From a virus (lineage: Duplodnaviria; Heunggongvirae; Uroviricota; Caudoviricetes), in IMG/VR virus record IMGVR_UViG_2563366800_000003: DNA of 19,093 nt. One strand, 5' to 3'. The position numbers were made by a program, and so were the translations under genes. Every line of letters begins with the position of its first letter. The stretch's first letter is position 1. This document shows, piece after piece, positions 6,827-15,080 of the stretch. The notes under the pieces are model-generated. The model worked only from the letters and a program-made list of their open reading frames with translations. It had not been told where the DNA came from and did no database searches.

Positions 6827-9583
6827 ATGCGAAACATTGATCTTATCCGTCAGGTTATCAGTGCGTCTGAAAACAACTGGCCTCATGTGCTGGGCTGCCT
6901 GAACATAAATGTCCCTGACTCTCCGCGCCGTCATGCTCCCTGCCCTGCATGTGGGGGCAAAGATCGATTCCGGTTCGATGACAACGGGCGCGGTAGCTTC
7001 ATCTGTAATCAGTGCGGCGCTGGTGATGGGCTGGATTTAATTAAACGCGTAAATAACTGTGACACAACAGAGGCGGCGCTGCTTGCCGCTGATGTTCTGG
7101 GTATTGATTACCGGACAACGGAAACACCAGAAGCCACCAGCCAGAAACGGGAACAACTGGAAACCGAGCGCCAGCGACGCGAACAGGAGCGCCTGAAAAG
7201 GGCAGAGAAGGACGAACAACAAAGACGGGATACGTTTTCCCGTCAGTTTGATGACATGCGCAGAAAGGCTGTAAACGGCAAATCTGATTATCTGGTTGCG
7301 AAAGGGGTAGGTGATTTTACATTCCCAGTGTTGCCCGATGGATCTCTGTTGCTGGCGCTGGTGGATAAATCCGGCGCAGTCACAGCAGCACAGACTATTA
7401 CCTCACATGGTGAAAAAAGACTCCTGACAGGTTCAGCAAAGCGAGGGGCATATCACGCCATAAACGCACCAGAAACAACACAGAGCATCTTAATCGCAGA
7501 AGGGCTGGCAACGGCATTATCTGCCCATTTAATTCGTCCAGAATCGCTGACAGTGGCGGCGATTGATGCCGGGAACCTGTTATATGTCGCCCAGGTACTG
7601 CGGGATAAATTTCCTTCAGCACAAATCATCATTGCTGCGGATAACGACCACAGCGAAGGAAGACAAAACACGGGGAGAATAGCAGCAGAAAAAGCAGCTT
7701 TATCTGTTTCTGGATGGGTGGCATTACCCCCGACAGATCACAAAGCAGACTGGAATGATTACCACCAAAAACACGGCATTAAATGCGCCACAGAAGCGTT
7801 CAATAAGTCAATGTACCAACCACAGGGTAATGGCGTGAAACAGCAGCCACAGACCATTGAGGGAAGCGATTTTAAGGTTATGGATACCGACCCACTGAAA
7901 CCAAGAATAGAAAGCCGCGAGGATGGTATTTATTGGGTATCTCCGAGAGCTGACAGCCAGAGTGGAGAAATCATCAATAACGAAAGCTGGTTATGTTCTC
8001 CGTTAAGCGTTATCGGTACTGGCAGAGACGATAAAGACCAGTATCTCATTCTTCGCTGGCTGTCGTTTGGTTCTGAAACGCCGACAACCGCTGCCATTCC
8101 ACTGGCTGATATTGGTGAACGTGAAGGATGGCGCACACTTAAAGCTGGTGGGGTAAATGTCACGACCAAAAGCAGCCTCAGAGCAATACTGGCAGACTGG
8201 CTACAACGCAGTGGCTCTCGTGAATTGTGGCGTGTTGCTCATGCCACTGGCTGGCAATGCGGAGCGTACATCATGCCTGATGGGGAAATCATCGGAACAC
8301 CTGAAAATCCTGTGCTGTTCAGCGGGAGAAGCTCAGCCGCAGCCGGATATACCGTCTCAGGGAGCGCGAAAAGCTGGCGTGATAACGTGGCGCGTCTGGC
8401 CTTTGGTAACTATTCAATGATGACCGGGATCGGCGCAGCACTGGCAGCGCCATTGATTGGGCTGGTGGGCGCTGACGGGTTCGGCATTCATTTCTATGAG
8501 CAGTCGAGCGCAGGTAAGACCACCACGGCAAACGTGGCGAGCAGCTTATACGGCAACCCTGATTTATTGCGGCTGACGTGGTACGGAACCGCGCTGGGGC
8601 TGGCAAATGAAGCCGCCGCCCACAATGACGGACTAATACCGCTTGATGAAGTTGGTCAGGGCGCTGATCCTGTCAGTGTTTCACAGTCTGCCTATGCGTT
8701 ATTTAACGGTGTAGGGAAACTGCAAGGCGCTAAAGATGGTGGAAACCGGGATCTAAAACGCTGGCGTACAGTGGCAATCAGCACTGGAGAAATGGATTTA
8801 GAAACATTTATCGCTACTTCCGGGCGAAAAACCAAAGCCGGGCAACTGGTGCGACTGCTGAATATTCCGTTGAGTAAAGCAGTACGCTTTCACGATTACC
8901 AGAACGGAAAACAGCACGCAGACGCACTGAAAGACGCTTACCAGCATCACCACGGCGCAGCCGGGCGTGAGTGGATTAAATGGCTGGCAGACCACCAGCA
9001 ACAGGCAATTAAAACTGTTCGTGACTGCGAAAGCAGATGGAGAAGTCTGATCCCATCCGATTATGGTGAGCAGGTTCACCGTGTAGCCGCGCGATTTGCC
9101 ATTCTGGAGGCCGCATTGCTGTTAGGCGAGGTTGTAACAGGCTGGGATGCTCAGACATGCCGTGATGCGATACAGCACAGCTATAACGCATGGTTGCGCG
9201 AGTTCGGCACAGGTAACAAAGAACATCAGCAGATTATTGAACAAACGGAGGCATTTCTTAATGCCTATGGGCTTAGCCGTTTTGCACCATTTCCATACAG
9301 CCCGGCAGATTTGCCCATCAAAGATTTGGCCGGATACCGTCAGCGTGGAGAACATGACGAAAGCCCAATGATTTTCTACACATTCCCGGCCACATTTGAA
9401 AAGGAGATCGCATGTGGTTTCAACGCAAAACAGTTTGCTGAAGTGTTGAAAAAAGCCGGGATGCTAACCCCACCAAACAGCGGTCGTGGATACCAAAGAA
9501 AATCACCACGTATTCAGGGACGACAAATAAACGTTTATGTACTCAATTACCAGCCAGGAGATTATAACTCATCTGAAGAATGA
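6827..9583 (+). CDS. Primase-helicase replication protein (zinc-binding N-terminus, Toprim primase domain, C-terminal P-loop NTPase/DUF927-like domain), P4 alpha/PICI Pri-Rep type
   Basis: 918-aa ORF; CxxC…CxxC zinc ribbon (CPACGGKDRF…FICNQCGAG); Toprim signature (ILIAEGLATA … IIIAADNDHSEGRQ); P-loop-like SAGKTT with downstream hydrophobic-DE Walker B (GLIPLDEVGQ); iteron array immediately 3'. Confidence 0.9.
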   Translation: MRNIDLIRQVISASENNWPHVLGCLNINVPDSPRRHAPCPACGGKDRFRFDDNGRGSFICNQCGAGDGLDLIKRVNNCDTTEAALLAADVLGIDYRTTETPEATSQKREQLETERQRREQERLKRAEKDEQQRRDTFSRQFDDMRRKAVNGKSDYLVAKGVGDFTFPVLPDGSLLLALVDKSGAVTAAQTITSHGEKRLLTGSAKRGAYHAINAPETTQSILIAEGLATALSAHLIRPESLTVAAIDAGNLLYVAQVLRDKFPSAQIIIAADNDHSEGRQNTGRIAAEKAALSVSGWVALPPTDHKADWNDYHQKHGIKCATEAFNKSMYQPQGNGVKQQPQTIEGSDFKVMDTDPLKPRIESREDGIYWVSPRADSQSGEIINNESWLCSPLSVIGTGRDDKDQYLILRWLSFGSETPTTAAIPLADIGEREGWRTLKAGGVNVTTKSSLRAILADWLQRSGSRELWRVAHATGWQCGAYIMPDGEIIGTPENPVLFSGRSSAAAGYTVSGSAKSWRDNVARLAFGNYSMMTGIGAALAAPLIGLVGADGFGIHFYEQSSAGKTTTANVASSLYGNPDLLRLTWYGTALGLANEAAAHNDGLIPLDEVGQGADPVSVSQSAYALFNGVGKLQGAKDGGNRDLKRWRTVAISTGEMDLETFIATSGRKTKAGQLVRLLNIPLSKAVRFHDYQNGKQHADALKDAYQHHHGAAGREWIKWLADHQQQAIKTVRDCESRWRSLIPSDYGEQVHRVAARFAILEAALLLGEVVTGWDAQTCRDAIQHSYNAWLREFGTGNKEHQQIIEQTEAFLNAYGLSRFAPFPYSPADLPIKDLAGYRQRGEHDESPMIFYTFPATFEKEIACGFNAKQFAEVLKKAGMLTPPNSGRGYQRKSPRIQGRQINVYVLNYQPGDYNSSEE

Positions 9584-9607
9584 GCTTCTTCATGTGCGTA
9601 GAAAAGG

Positions 9608-9722
9608 TGTTGGTTCAGTTGGTTCAGTTGGTTCAATTTGTAAAGAGTATTGTTTTATAAGGATTTTATTCTTTTTATTGAACCAACACTGAACCAACAA
9701 CACGGTATTTTGAACCAACACA
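9608..9722. repeat. Iteron-type origin module: three tandem (G)TTGGTTCA repeats (9608-9637), a 41-bp AT-rich spacer, three inverted TGAACCAAC repeats (9679-9719)
   Basis: Seen directly; sits immediately downstream of the primase-helicase gene, the usual place for a satellite/plasmid ori; an inverted copy occurs at 15638-15762. Confidence 0.6.
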
Positions 9723-10040
9723 ATGTGACTGAATTGATGCGCACAACACCTGGCTGGCATCAGAGAGTGTTTTACGAGACTTTCGTAAAATCCTGTGTAC
9801 AAGGGCGTGACGTTTTTGAAAGTAAGCACTACGAAATTTTCGTAGTTCAAAAAACAGCCTTTGAGAAGTTGTTATGCCTGTTCAGCAAACCATCCGCATA
9901 GCTGATCGCGAATCAAATTACCAATGGAGCCAGAAGCAAGGGCAGAACTGGAAAGCGCCTGCCGTGAAGAGTAATGCGACACCATAAATATAGTTTTTAG
10001 AGTCCATAAAAAACCTGTCAAAACCTGACATACAGAACGA

Positions 10041-10072
10041 TGCCACCAGCTACTGAGTGGTGGCATTTTTTT
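10041..10072 (+). terminator. Rho-independent terminator (8-bp stem TGCCACCA/TGGTGGCA, 9-nt loop, 7 T's)
   Basis: Perfect stem and T-run seen directly at 10041-10072. Confidence 0.6.
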
Positions 10073-10128
10073 GTGCTATTTGTTTCATATTTTGCAATTA
10101 CGATGATGAATATTGCGATTTGTGAAAC

Positions 10129-10152
10129 TATAATAACTGTTGTTTTATACAG
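10129..10152 (+). promoter_or_regulatory. Candidate -10 hexamer TATAAT (10129-10134) followed by a LexA-box-like CTGT-N8-ACAG (10137-10152) upstream of the cargo operon
   Basis: aaCTGTtgttttatACAGtt fits the CTGT-N8-ACAG core of SOS boxes with a mostly AT spacer; flanking bases deviate from the TACTGT…ACAGTA consensus; no convincing -35. Confidence 0.35.
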
Positions 10153-10167
10153 TTCTAAGGGGGCGTT

Positions 10168-10341
10168 ATGGCTATTTCAGTAAAGCCAGTATTGATAAGT
10201 GAGAAGCAAATGGAAGCGATAAAGAAAATTCAGGAGGAGCAGCGTAAAAAATCAGAGGTAGGAGTTGCGCCAACGATCCACGAAATTGCTCGGGGATTAA
10301 TGGATAAGGCGCTGGCTTACACTTTAACTGGACGTGGGTAA
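10168..10341 (+). CDS. Small hypothetical protein (57 aa), first gene of the cargo operon; possibly a small DNA-binding or adaptor protein
   Basis: Strong RBS (AAGGGGGCG) before the ATG at 10168; [57 protein letters not shown]; below the 60-aa cut-off of the ORF track; its stop lies 4 nt before the next ATG. Confidence 0.5.
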   Translation: MAISVKPVLISEKQMEAIKKIQEEQRKKSEVGVAPTIHEIARGLMDKALAYTLTGRG

Positions 10342-10345
10342 ATCA

Positions 10346-11782
10346 ATGGCTACGTGGCAACAGGGTATTAATTCTGGTGGTTTTCTGGCTGGCATCGGTA
10401 CGCAAAATGAGAATGCGCCAAAGGCAAGCGACATTAACGCAACGCTTGGTCTGATCCGCGAAAACAATGAACTGGCTCGCTCAGGTGCAAATAACGTTGG
10501 TCTGACCGCGTTACGTGGTCTGGCTGGAGTTGCTGATATTTATAAGCAGCAGCAACAGCAGGAGCGTAAAGCGGCATTCCAGAAAGGTTATGCAGATGCT
10601 TATGCGTCCGGCGACAGGGAGCAGATGCGTAATCTTATTACAGCATTCCCAGAAGAGTTTGAGGAAGTCCGTAAAGGGATGAGTTATGTCGATGATGCTC
10701 AAAGGGATGATTATGGCAATCTGGCGCTCAAAGCACAGGTAGCCTCATCGCTTGGTCCGGGAGCATTTGGCAGGTTCATGATGGATAATGAGCAGGAGAT
10801 GCGTCGTTTAGGTATCCCTCCAGAAACTATTGCTGAAATGCAGGTTAATGACCCGCAGGGCTTCCAGCATTTCGCAGGTAATCTGGCGTTGTTTTCTCTC
10901 GGTCATGAGAAGTACTTCGATATCAAAGATCGAATGGAGGGTCGGGATATTGAGCGTGGCGAGTTGGCAGAGACGATTCGCAGCAATAAAGCTGGGGAAG
11001 GTTTACAGGCGCAAAGCATTGCTGTTAGCCGTGAAAACTCTCTGCGCACTGCTGGAGGTGCTGTTCCTGCATCTGTTAAAGAATATCAATATTTCAACAG
11101 CCTGTCTCCAGAGCAACAAAAGACATATCTTCGTGTTCGAGGCCGTCCTGCTGCTGGCGGGGAGAATGTTGTGCAACTGGCAGATGGTAGAACGGTAACG
11201 GTTGGTCGGAAGCTTCACGGCGCTGGTGCTAATGCGTTCTACGAAGGAATAGACAACGAGGGCAATATGATTCGCGTCCCCGCAAGTTCTATTGCTGCTC
11301 CGGCTACATCGGCAGCTAATGCGCAGAATTACGAAATGAAGAAAGATCTTGATGCAATTTCTGGCGCATCAATTGACGATCTTGGCTTCATGACAGGTAT
11401 TACAGGTTCTTCAGGTTCTTTTGCTCTTGGTGCAGATATTCGTAGCCGGGCATCTGGTGTTGAGGAGAGGAAACTATACAACGCTGCACAGCGAATCATG
11501 GGCAAAATGCAAAATCAGGGGATTGCGGCAGCCCGAGATATGGGGGCATCTGGCATCAACACCGAAGCAGAGGCCAATAGGTATTTTCAGGGTATGCCAA
11601 AGCCTGATTTCTCAAGCCCTGAAGCACTACAACAATCAATGCGCGACATTCAGCAATATACCGACAATTACAACCAGCAATATAACGTTAATGTTGGTAA
11701 ATCTCAGCGGCAGCAATCTCAACCTGCACAGGTATCACAGCCAGCAGCCAGCAGTAACTTTTCTTCACTATGGGGTGATTAA
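10346..11782 (+). CDS. Hypothetical protein (~478 aa; track frame opens at GTG 10334), low-complexity Gly/Ala/Gln-rich, predicted largely helical, no catalytic motif recognised
   Basis: Long ORF with consistent coding character; stop TAA overlaps the next start (TAATG at 11780-11784); N-terminal Gly-rich segment, Q-rich tail (…[19 protein letters not shown]). Confidence 0.8.
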   Translation: MATWQQGINSGGFLAGIGTQNENAPKASDINATLGLIRENNELARSGANNVGLTALRGLAGVADIYKQQQQQERKAAFQKGYADAYASGDREQMRNLITAFPEEFEEVRKGMSYVDDAQRDDYGNLALKAQVASSLGPGAFGRFMMDNEQEMRRLGIPPETIAEMQVNDPQGFQHFAGNLALFSLGHEKYFDIKDRMEGRDIERGELAETIRSNKAGEGLQAQSIAVSRENSLRTAGGAVPASVKEYQYFNSLSPEQQKTYLRVRGRPAAGGENVVQLADGRTVTVGRKLHGAGANAFYEGIDNEGNMIRVPASSIAAPATSAANAQNYEMKKDLDAISGASIDDLGFMTGITGSSGSFALGADIRSRASGVEERKLYNAAQRIMGKMQNQGIAAARDMGASGINTEAEANRYFQGMPKPDFSSPEALQQSMRDIQQYTDNYNQQYNVNVGKSQRQQSQPAQVSQPAASSNFSSLWGD

Positions 11783-13887
11783 TGGCTAAAGCATGGAAAG
11801 ATGTTATCGCTTCTCCACAGTATCAGGCGTTAGCACCAGAACAAAAAGCGCAGGCTCAGGAGCAATACTTCAATGAAGTCGTGGCCCCGCAAGCCGGAGA
11901 AAGTGTAGAGCAGGCTAAGCAGGCTTTTTATGCTGCCTATCCACTGCCATCAACGAATGAAATAGACCGATCCCAATCAGCAACTCAAAATATTCAACAT
12001 ACATCATCTGATAATTCTCTTGCGTCAGGGTATGCAAAGTTAGCTACTCAGCAAAGAGAGGGGCTTGAGCGTTCAGCAGAACAGGGAGCCAGTCTTGGGG
12101 CTGCGATGCGCGATGCTATAACAGGCGAAAGCCGAATGACTCCAGAGATGGAGAGACTGCAAAATGTCGCCTCTGCCCCAGAATTGAACTCACTAAGCAT
12201 GGATGCCTTAAAGGCTGGATGGTCTCAACTTTTCGGCTCTGACGCGTCTCAGGAAAAGATTCTTCAGGGAATGGGGGCGACATTAAGGCAGGATGAGAAG
12301 GGGAATACTATCGTTTCTCTGCCATCAGGTGATTATGCCCTAAACAAGCCGGGTTTATCACCGCAAGACCTGACTTCGTTTCTTGCTAATGCGTTGGCGT
12401 TTACACCAGCGGGCAGGGCTGGAACGGTGCTTGGTGCCATAGGAAAATCAGCAGCTACAGATTTAGCACTACAGGGAGCCACCAGCCTTGCTGGTGGAGA
12501 AGATATTGATCCGTTACAAACGGTAATTTCTGCTGGCATTGGTGGTATTGGTAAGGGGCTGGAAAATACAGCGAGTGCGGTTTCGAGGGCTGTTCGTGGT
12601 GATATGTCGCCTGAAGCAAAGGCTGCTGTCGACTTTGCATCGGAAAGAAATCTGCCGTTAATGACCAGTGACATGCTGAAAGATAAAACCTTTATGCAGA
12701 GTCAGGCTCAGACATTAGGCGAAAGACTTCCTTTTTTTGGAACCGGTAAGAACCGACTGAATCAACAACAAGCACGAGAAAATTTAGTCAGAACATTTAG
12801 CGATGGTCTGGGGGGAATTTCAGATAAACAGCTTTATGAGTCTGCGACTAAAGGGCAGCAAAAATTCATTGAGGCAGCAGGAAAGCGATATAACCGCATA
12901 ATTGACGCTATGGGGGATACCCCTGTCGATCTCTCAAACACGGTAAAAGCTATCGACAATCAGATTGCCGTGTTAAGCCGACCGGGCAAATCTCAGGATA
13001 GAGCCGCGGTAAAAGTCTTGCAGCAATTTAAAGACGATATCACCAGCGGACCCAATGACCTGCGTCTGGCGAGAGAAAACAGAACTGACCTTCGAAAGCG
13101 GTTCATGAATTCAAACGAGACTGTTGATAAAGACACGCTCCAGAAAGCCAGCGATATTGTCTACAAGGCATATACAGCGGATATGAAAAAAGCAGTATCC
13201 CAAAAACTAGGCTCAGAAGAAGCTACCAATATGTCTAGGGTTGATCGCTCATGGGCTAGATTCAATGACATGATGGGAAGAACGCGCGTTCAAAAGGCAA
13301 TAGCCAGCGGCAAGGCCACGCCTGAGGATGTAACAAAACTCGTTTTTAGCCAAAACCCATCAGAACGTTCTCAGCTTTACAGGCTTCTGGATGACAATGG
13401 TAGGCAAAACGCACGAGCCGCCATAGTTCAGAATGCTGTAGATAAGGCGACTGATCCGTCTGGAAATATCAGTGTTGAGAAGTTTATTAATGCGTTACAC
13501 CGGAACAGGAAGCAATCAGCAACTTTCTTTAAAGGCGTATATGGAAAGGAACTGGACGGCGTTATTAAATACCTCAATGATACAAGACACGCGGCAAAAG
13601 CGAACGTTCAAAACTTAAATGGTCAGCAGCTTTATGGATTGTTAGTTGGTGGTGGCATCATAAACGCAGCAGTATTAGCGGGGATGCTAAAAACGGCTGC
13701 GTTTGTTGTTCCTGCTGCTGGTGTCGTAGGCGGAGCAGCGAAGGCATACGAAAGCCCTGTTATACGAAATGCCTTGTTACGTCTGGCAAATACGCCAAAA
13801 GGTAGCACAGCATATGACAGAGCGATCAGTACGGTCACACAATCGCTCACCAGAGTCGCACAGGCATCACAAAAAGAATCTCAATAA
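11782..13887 (+). CDS. Hypothetical protein (701 aa), helical/low-complexity with a C-terminal Gly/Ala-rich hydrophobic hairpin (residues ~617-653); candidate membrane-inserting protein
   Basis: Translationally coupled to the upstream gene, GGGGTGA RBS; hydrophobic LYGLLVGGGIINAAVLAGMLKTAAFVVPAAGVVGGAA near the C-terminus; no nucleotide-binding or nuclease motif seen. Confidence 0.8.
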   Translation: MAKAWKDVIASPQYQALAPEQKAQAQEQYFNEVVAPQAGESVEQAKQAFYAAYPLPSTNEIDRSQSATQNIQHTSSDNSLASGYAKLATQQREGLERSAEQGASLGAAMRDAITGESRMTPEMERLQNVASAPELNSLSMDALKAGWSQLFGSDASQEKILQGMGATLRQDEKGNTIVSLPSGDYALNKPGLSPQDLTSFLANALAFTPAGRAGTVLGAIGKSAATDLALQGATSLAGGEDIDPLQTVISAGIGGIGKGLENTASAVSRAVRGDMSPEAKAAVDFASERNLPLMTSDMLKDKTFMQSQAQTLGERLPFFGTGKNRLNQQQARENLVRTFSDGLGGISDKQLYESATKGQQKFIEAAGKRYNRIIDAMGDTPVDLSNTVKAIDNQIAVLSRPGKSQDRAAVKVLQQFKDDITSGPNDLRLARENRTDLRKRFMNSNETVDKDTLQKASDIVYKAYTADMKKAVSQKLGSEEATNMSRVDRSWARFNDMMGRTRVQKAIASGKATPEDVTKLVFSQNPSERSQLYRLLDDNGRQNARAAIVQNAVDKATDPSGNISVEKFINALHRNRKQSATFFKGVYGKELDGVIKYLNDTRHAAKANVQNLNGQQLYGLLVGGGIINAAVLAGMLKTAAFVVPAAGVVGGAAKAYESPVIRNALLRLANTPKGSTAYDRAISTVTQSLTRVAQASQKESQ

Positions 13888-13891
13888 CTGG

Positions 13892-13916
13892 TTAGCCATG
13901 GATGGCTAATTTTTGT
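13892..13916 (+). terminator. Rho-independent terminator (TTAGCCA-TGGA-TGGCTAA followed by TTTTTGTTCTTT) ending the cargo operon; overlaps the 3' end of the convergent membrane-protein gene
   Basis: 7-bp stem, 4-nt loop, T-rich tail directly after the 701-aa stop codon. Confidence 0.5.
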
Positions 13917-14325
13917 TCTTTGCTCTCATCCATAGGTAAAGAAGGGAAAGAACAAGACAAAAAACAGAGAATAGATAACCTACCTCATATGGTGCGCCAA
14001 AAAAATTAGCTATTGATACGGGCAAAAAAGCTGAAGCGATCAAAATTGAAAGGCAAAAAATAAGCCCAGTAATATAGTTTATTAAATTCTTAAATGAGAA
14101 ACGTTTTGCTTGATTTACGGTCTTAACGAACGATCGCTTAACGACGGATAAAAGCAAATAGATGGCGACAGTTGCTAATACCCCTTTCCACCAGTCTGGA
14201 TATAGTTTTGCGACAATCAGACCAAGTAAAACCATGATGACAGCCTGAGCATTCACACCAACCCTCCCTTTAGCTTTGTTTAGAATGGCAATCATCATAT
14301 ATCCAAGACATGGCATTTGGTACAT
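13906..14325 (-). CDS. Small polytopic inner-membrane protein (predicted 4 TM helices; 139 aa from the first ATG, ~117 aa if the GTG at 14259 with GGGAGGG RBS is used), convergent to the cargo operon
   Basis: Hydrophobic segments VIMVLLGLIVAKLY, VLATVAIYLLLSVV, ITGLIFCLSILIASAFLPV, YLFSVFCLVLSLLYLWM; strongly AT-rich codon usage unlike its neighbours. Confidence 0.65.
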   Translation of the reverse strand: MYQMPCLGYMMIAILNKAKGRVGVNAQAVIMVLLGLIVAKLYPDWWKGVLATVAIYLLLSVVKRSFVKTVNQAKRFSFKNLINYITGLIFCLSILIASAFLPVSIANFFGAPYEVGYLFSVFCLVLSLLYLWMRAKNKN

Positions 14326-14443
14326 AGCTTGGGTCGGGATTTCAAATCCGCTCCCAGTTGATGGGGTCGTTACAGTACGCGCATATCCGCTTTATGTGAA
14401 ACAGGAAGATTTTTCTGATATCACTGCCACAGCAAAACACCAA

Positions 14444-14467
14444 TTTCGAGACAAGTACGCGCGCGAG
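14444..14467. repeat. Copy a of the TTTCG(A/G)GACAAGTACG(Y)GCGCG repeat family
   Basis: Seen directly; related copies at 14731-14758 and 16120-16150, shorter CAGTACGCGC/CAGTACGCAC variants at 14374-14384 and 14505-14518. Confidence 0.5.
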
Positions 14468-14730
14468 GGGTATCAGTTGCAAAATTTTTTGCAACTGCGT
14501 CCGACCAGTACGCACACGATGGCGGGGGATACCATGAAACTGTTCTCTACATAAGTCAGAGTGGTGGTGATGTGTTGATTATCGGCGTATATGCGCACAG
14601 GACGCGCTATGACAATGTTTTATGCGGGTACACCAATCACATGTATCTGGTGTGATAAATCGCGTTACATGACATCTCATGTTGTGCTGGTGGTTATCAC
14701 GACGTTCTGAATCTGGCTTTTGTCTGATAT

Positions 14731-14758
14731 TTTGCGACAAGTACGTGCGCGTAGCATC
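14731..14758. repeat. Copy b of the GACAAGTACG(Y)GCGCG(CG)TAGCA repeat family
   Basis: TTTGCGACAAGTACGTGCGCGTAGCATC; shares the upstream TCTGATAT motif with copy a. Confidence 0.5.
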
Positions 14759-14779
14759 GACAGCATACACATTGGATAT

Positions 14780-15001
14780 TCATTTTGTGACCAATGCGAT
14801 AAGTAGCGGGATAAGCATTGATAAAATCAACAGGCCGATGATCCACTTTTGATTTTCACTGGCCTTATCTCTATTTTCATCAATCTTATCAATAATTCGA
14901 CGCTCCAAGCCGTGCATATCACCGCGAATGGCAATCATCTCATTGCGAACATCCGAGAAGTGGTTGGCTTGATGTTCAATGTGTGGCGTTCTGCCTTTCA
15001 T
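14780..15001 (-). CDS. Small protein (73 aa) with charged helical N-terminus and a single C-terminal transmembrane anchor; XhlA-like architecture
   Basis: …DKIDENRDKASENQKWIIGLLILSMLIPLLIALVTK; GAGG 9 nt upstream of the ATG; family assignment is by architecture only. Confidence 0.5.
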   Translation of the reverse strand: MKGRTPHIEHQANHFSDVRNEMIAIRGDMHGLERRIIDKIDENRDKASENQKWIIGLLILSMLIPLLIALVTK

Positions 15002-15080
15002 TCCTGATCCTCACCTATCGTCACCACCTGCTGGTGTATAAAGGTATTGGCCCAAGCAGCTTTCCAATGGGCACTCATGT

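Noticed and set aside
7037-9355. Multiple minus-strand and alternate-frame ORFs inside the primase-helicase gene
   Set aside because: Embedded in a 918-aa gene with clear domain signatures; shadow ORFs.
9590-9901. ORFs 9590-9850 (-) and 9650-9901 (+), and the idea that the short repeats are a CRISPR array
   Set aside because: The ORFs run through the iterons and palindromes and translate to low-complexity peptides. The repeats are 9-bp units in direct and inverted orientation without unique spacers, which fits ori iterons and not CRISPR.
10511-12674. Alternate-frame and antisense ORFs inside the two large cargo genes
   Set aside because: Each is overlapped by a long, translationally coupled ORF with good start context.
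11782-13887. Calling the 701-aa protein a colicin, tape-measure or ejection protein outright
   Set aside because: Only compositional and architectural resemblance is visible by eye; I cannot demonstrate homology without a search, so it is kept as a hypothesis in the findings and not annotated.
14276-14770. ORFs 14276-14554 (+) and 14579-14770 (-)
   Set aside because: They fall in the repeat-dense region, lack convincing RBS, and have His/Cys/Arg-rich translations; more likely non-coding.
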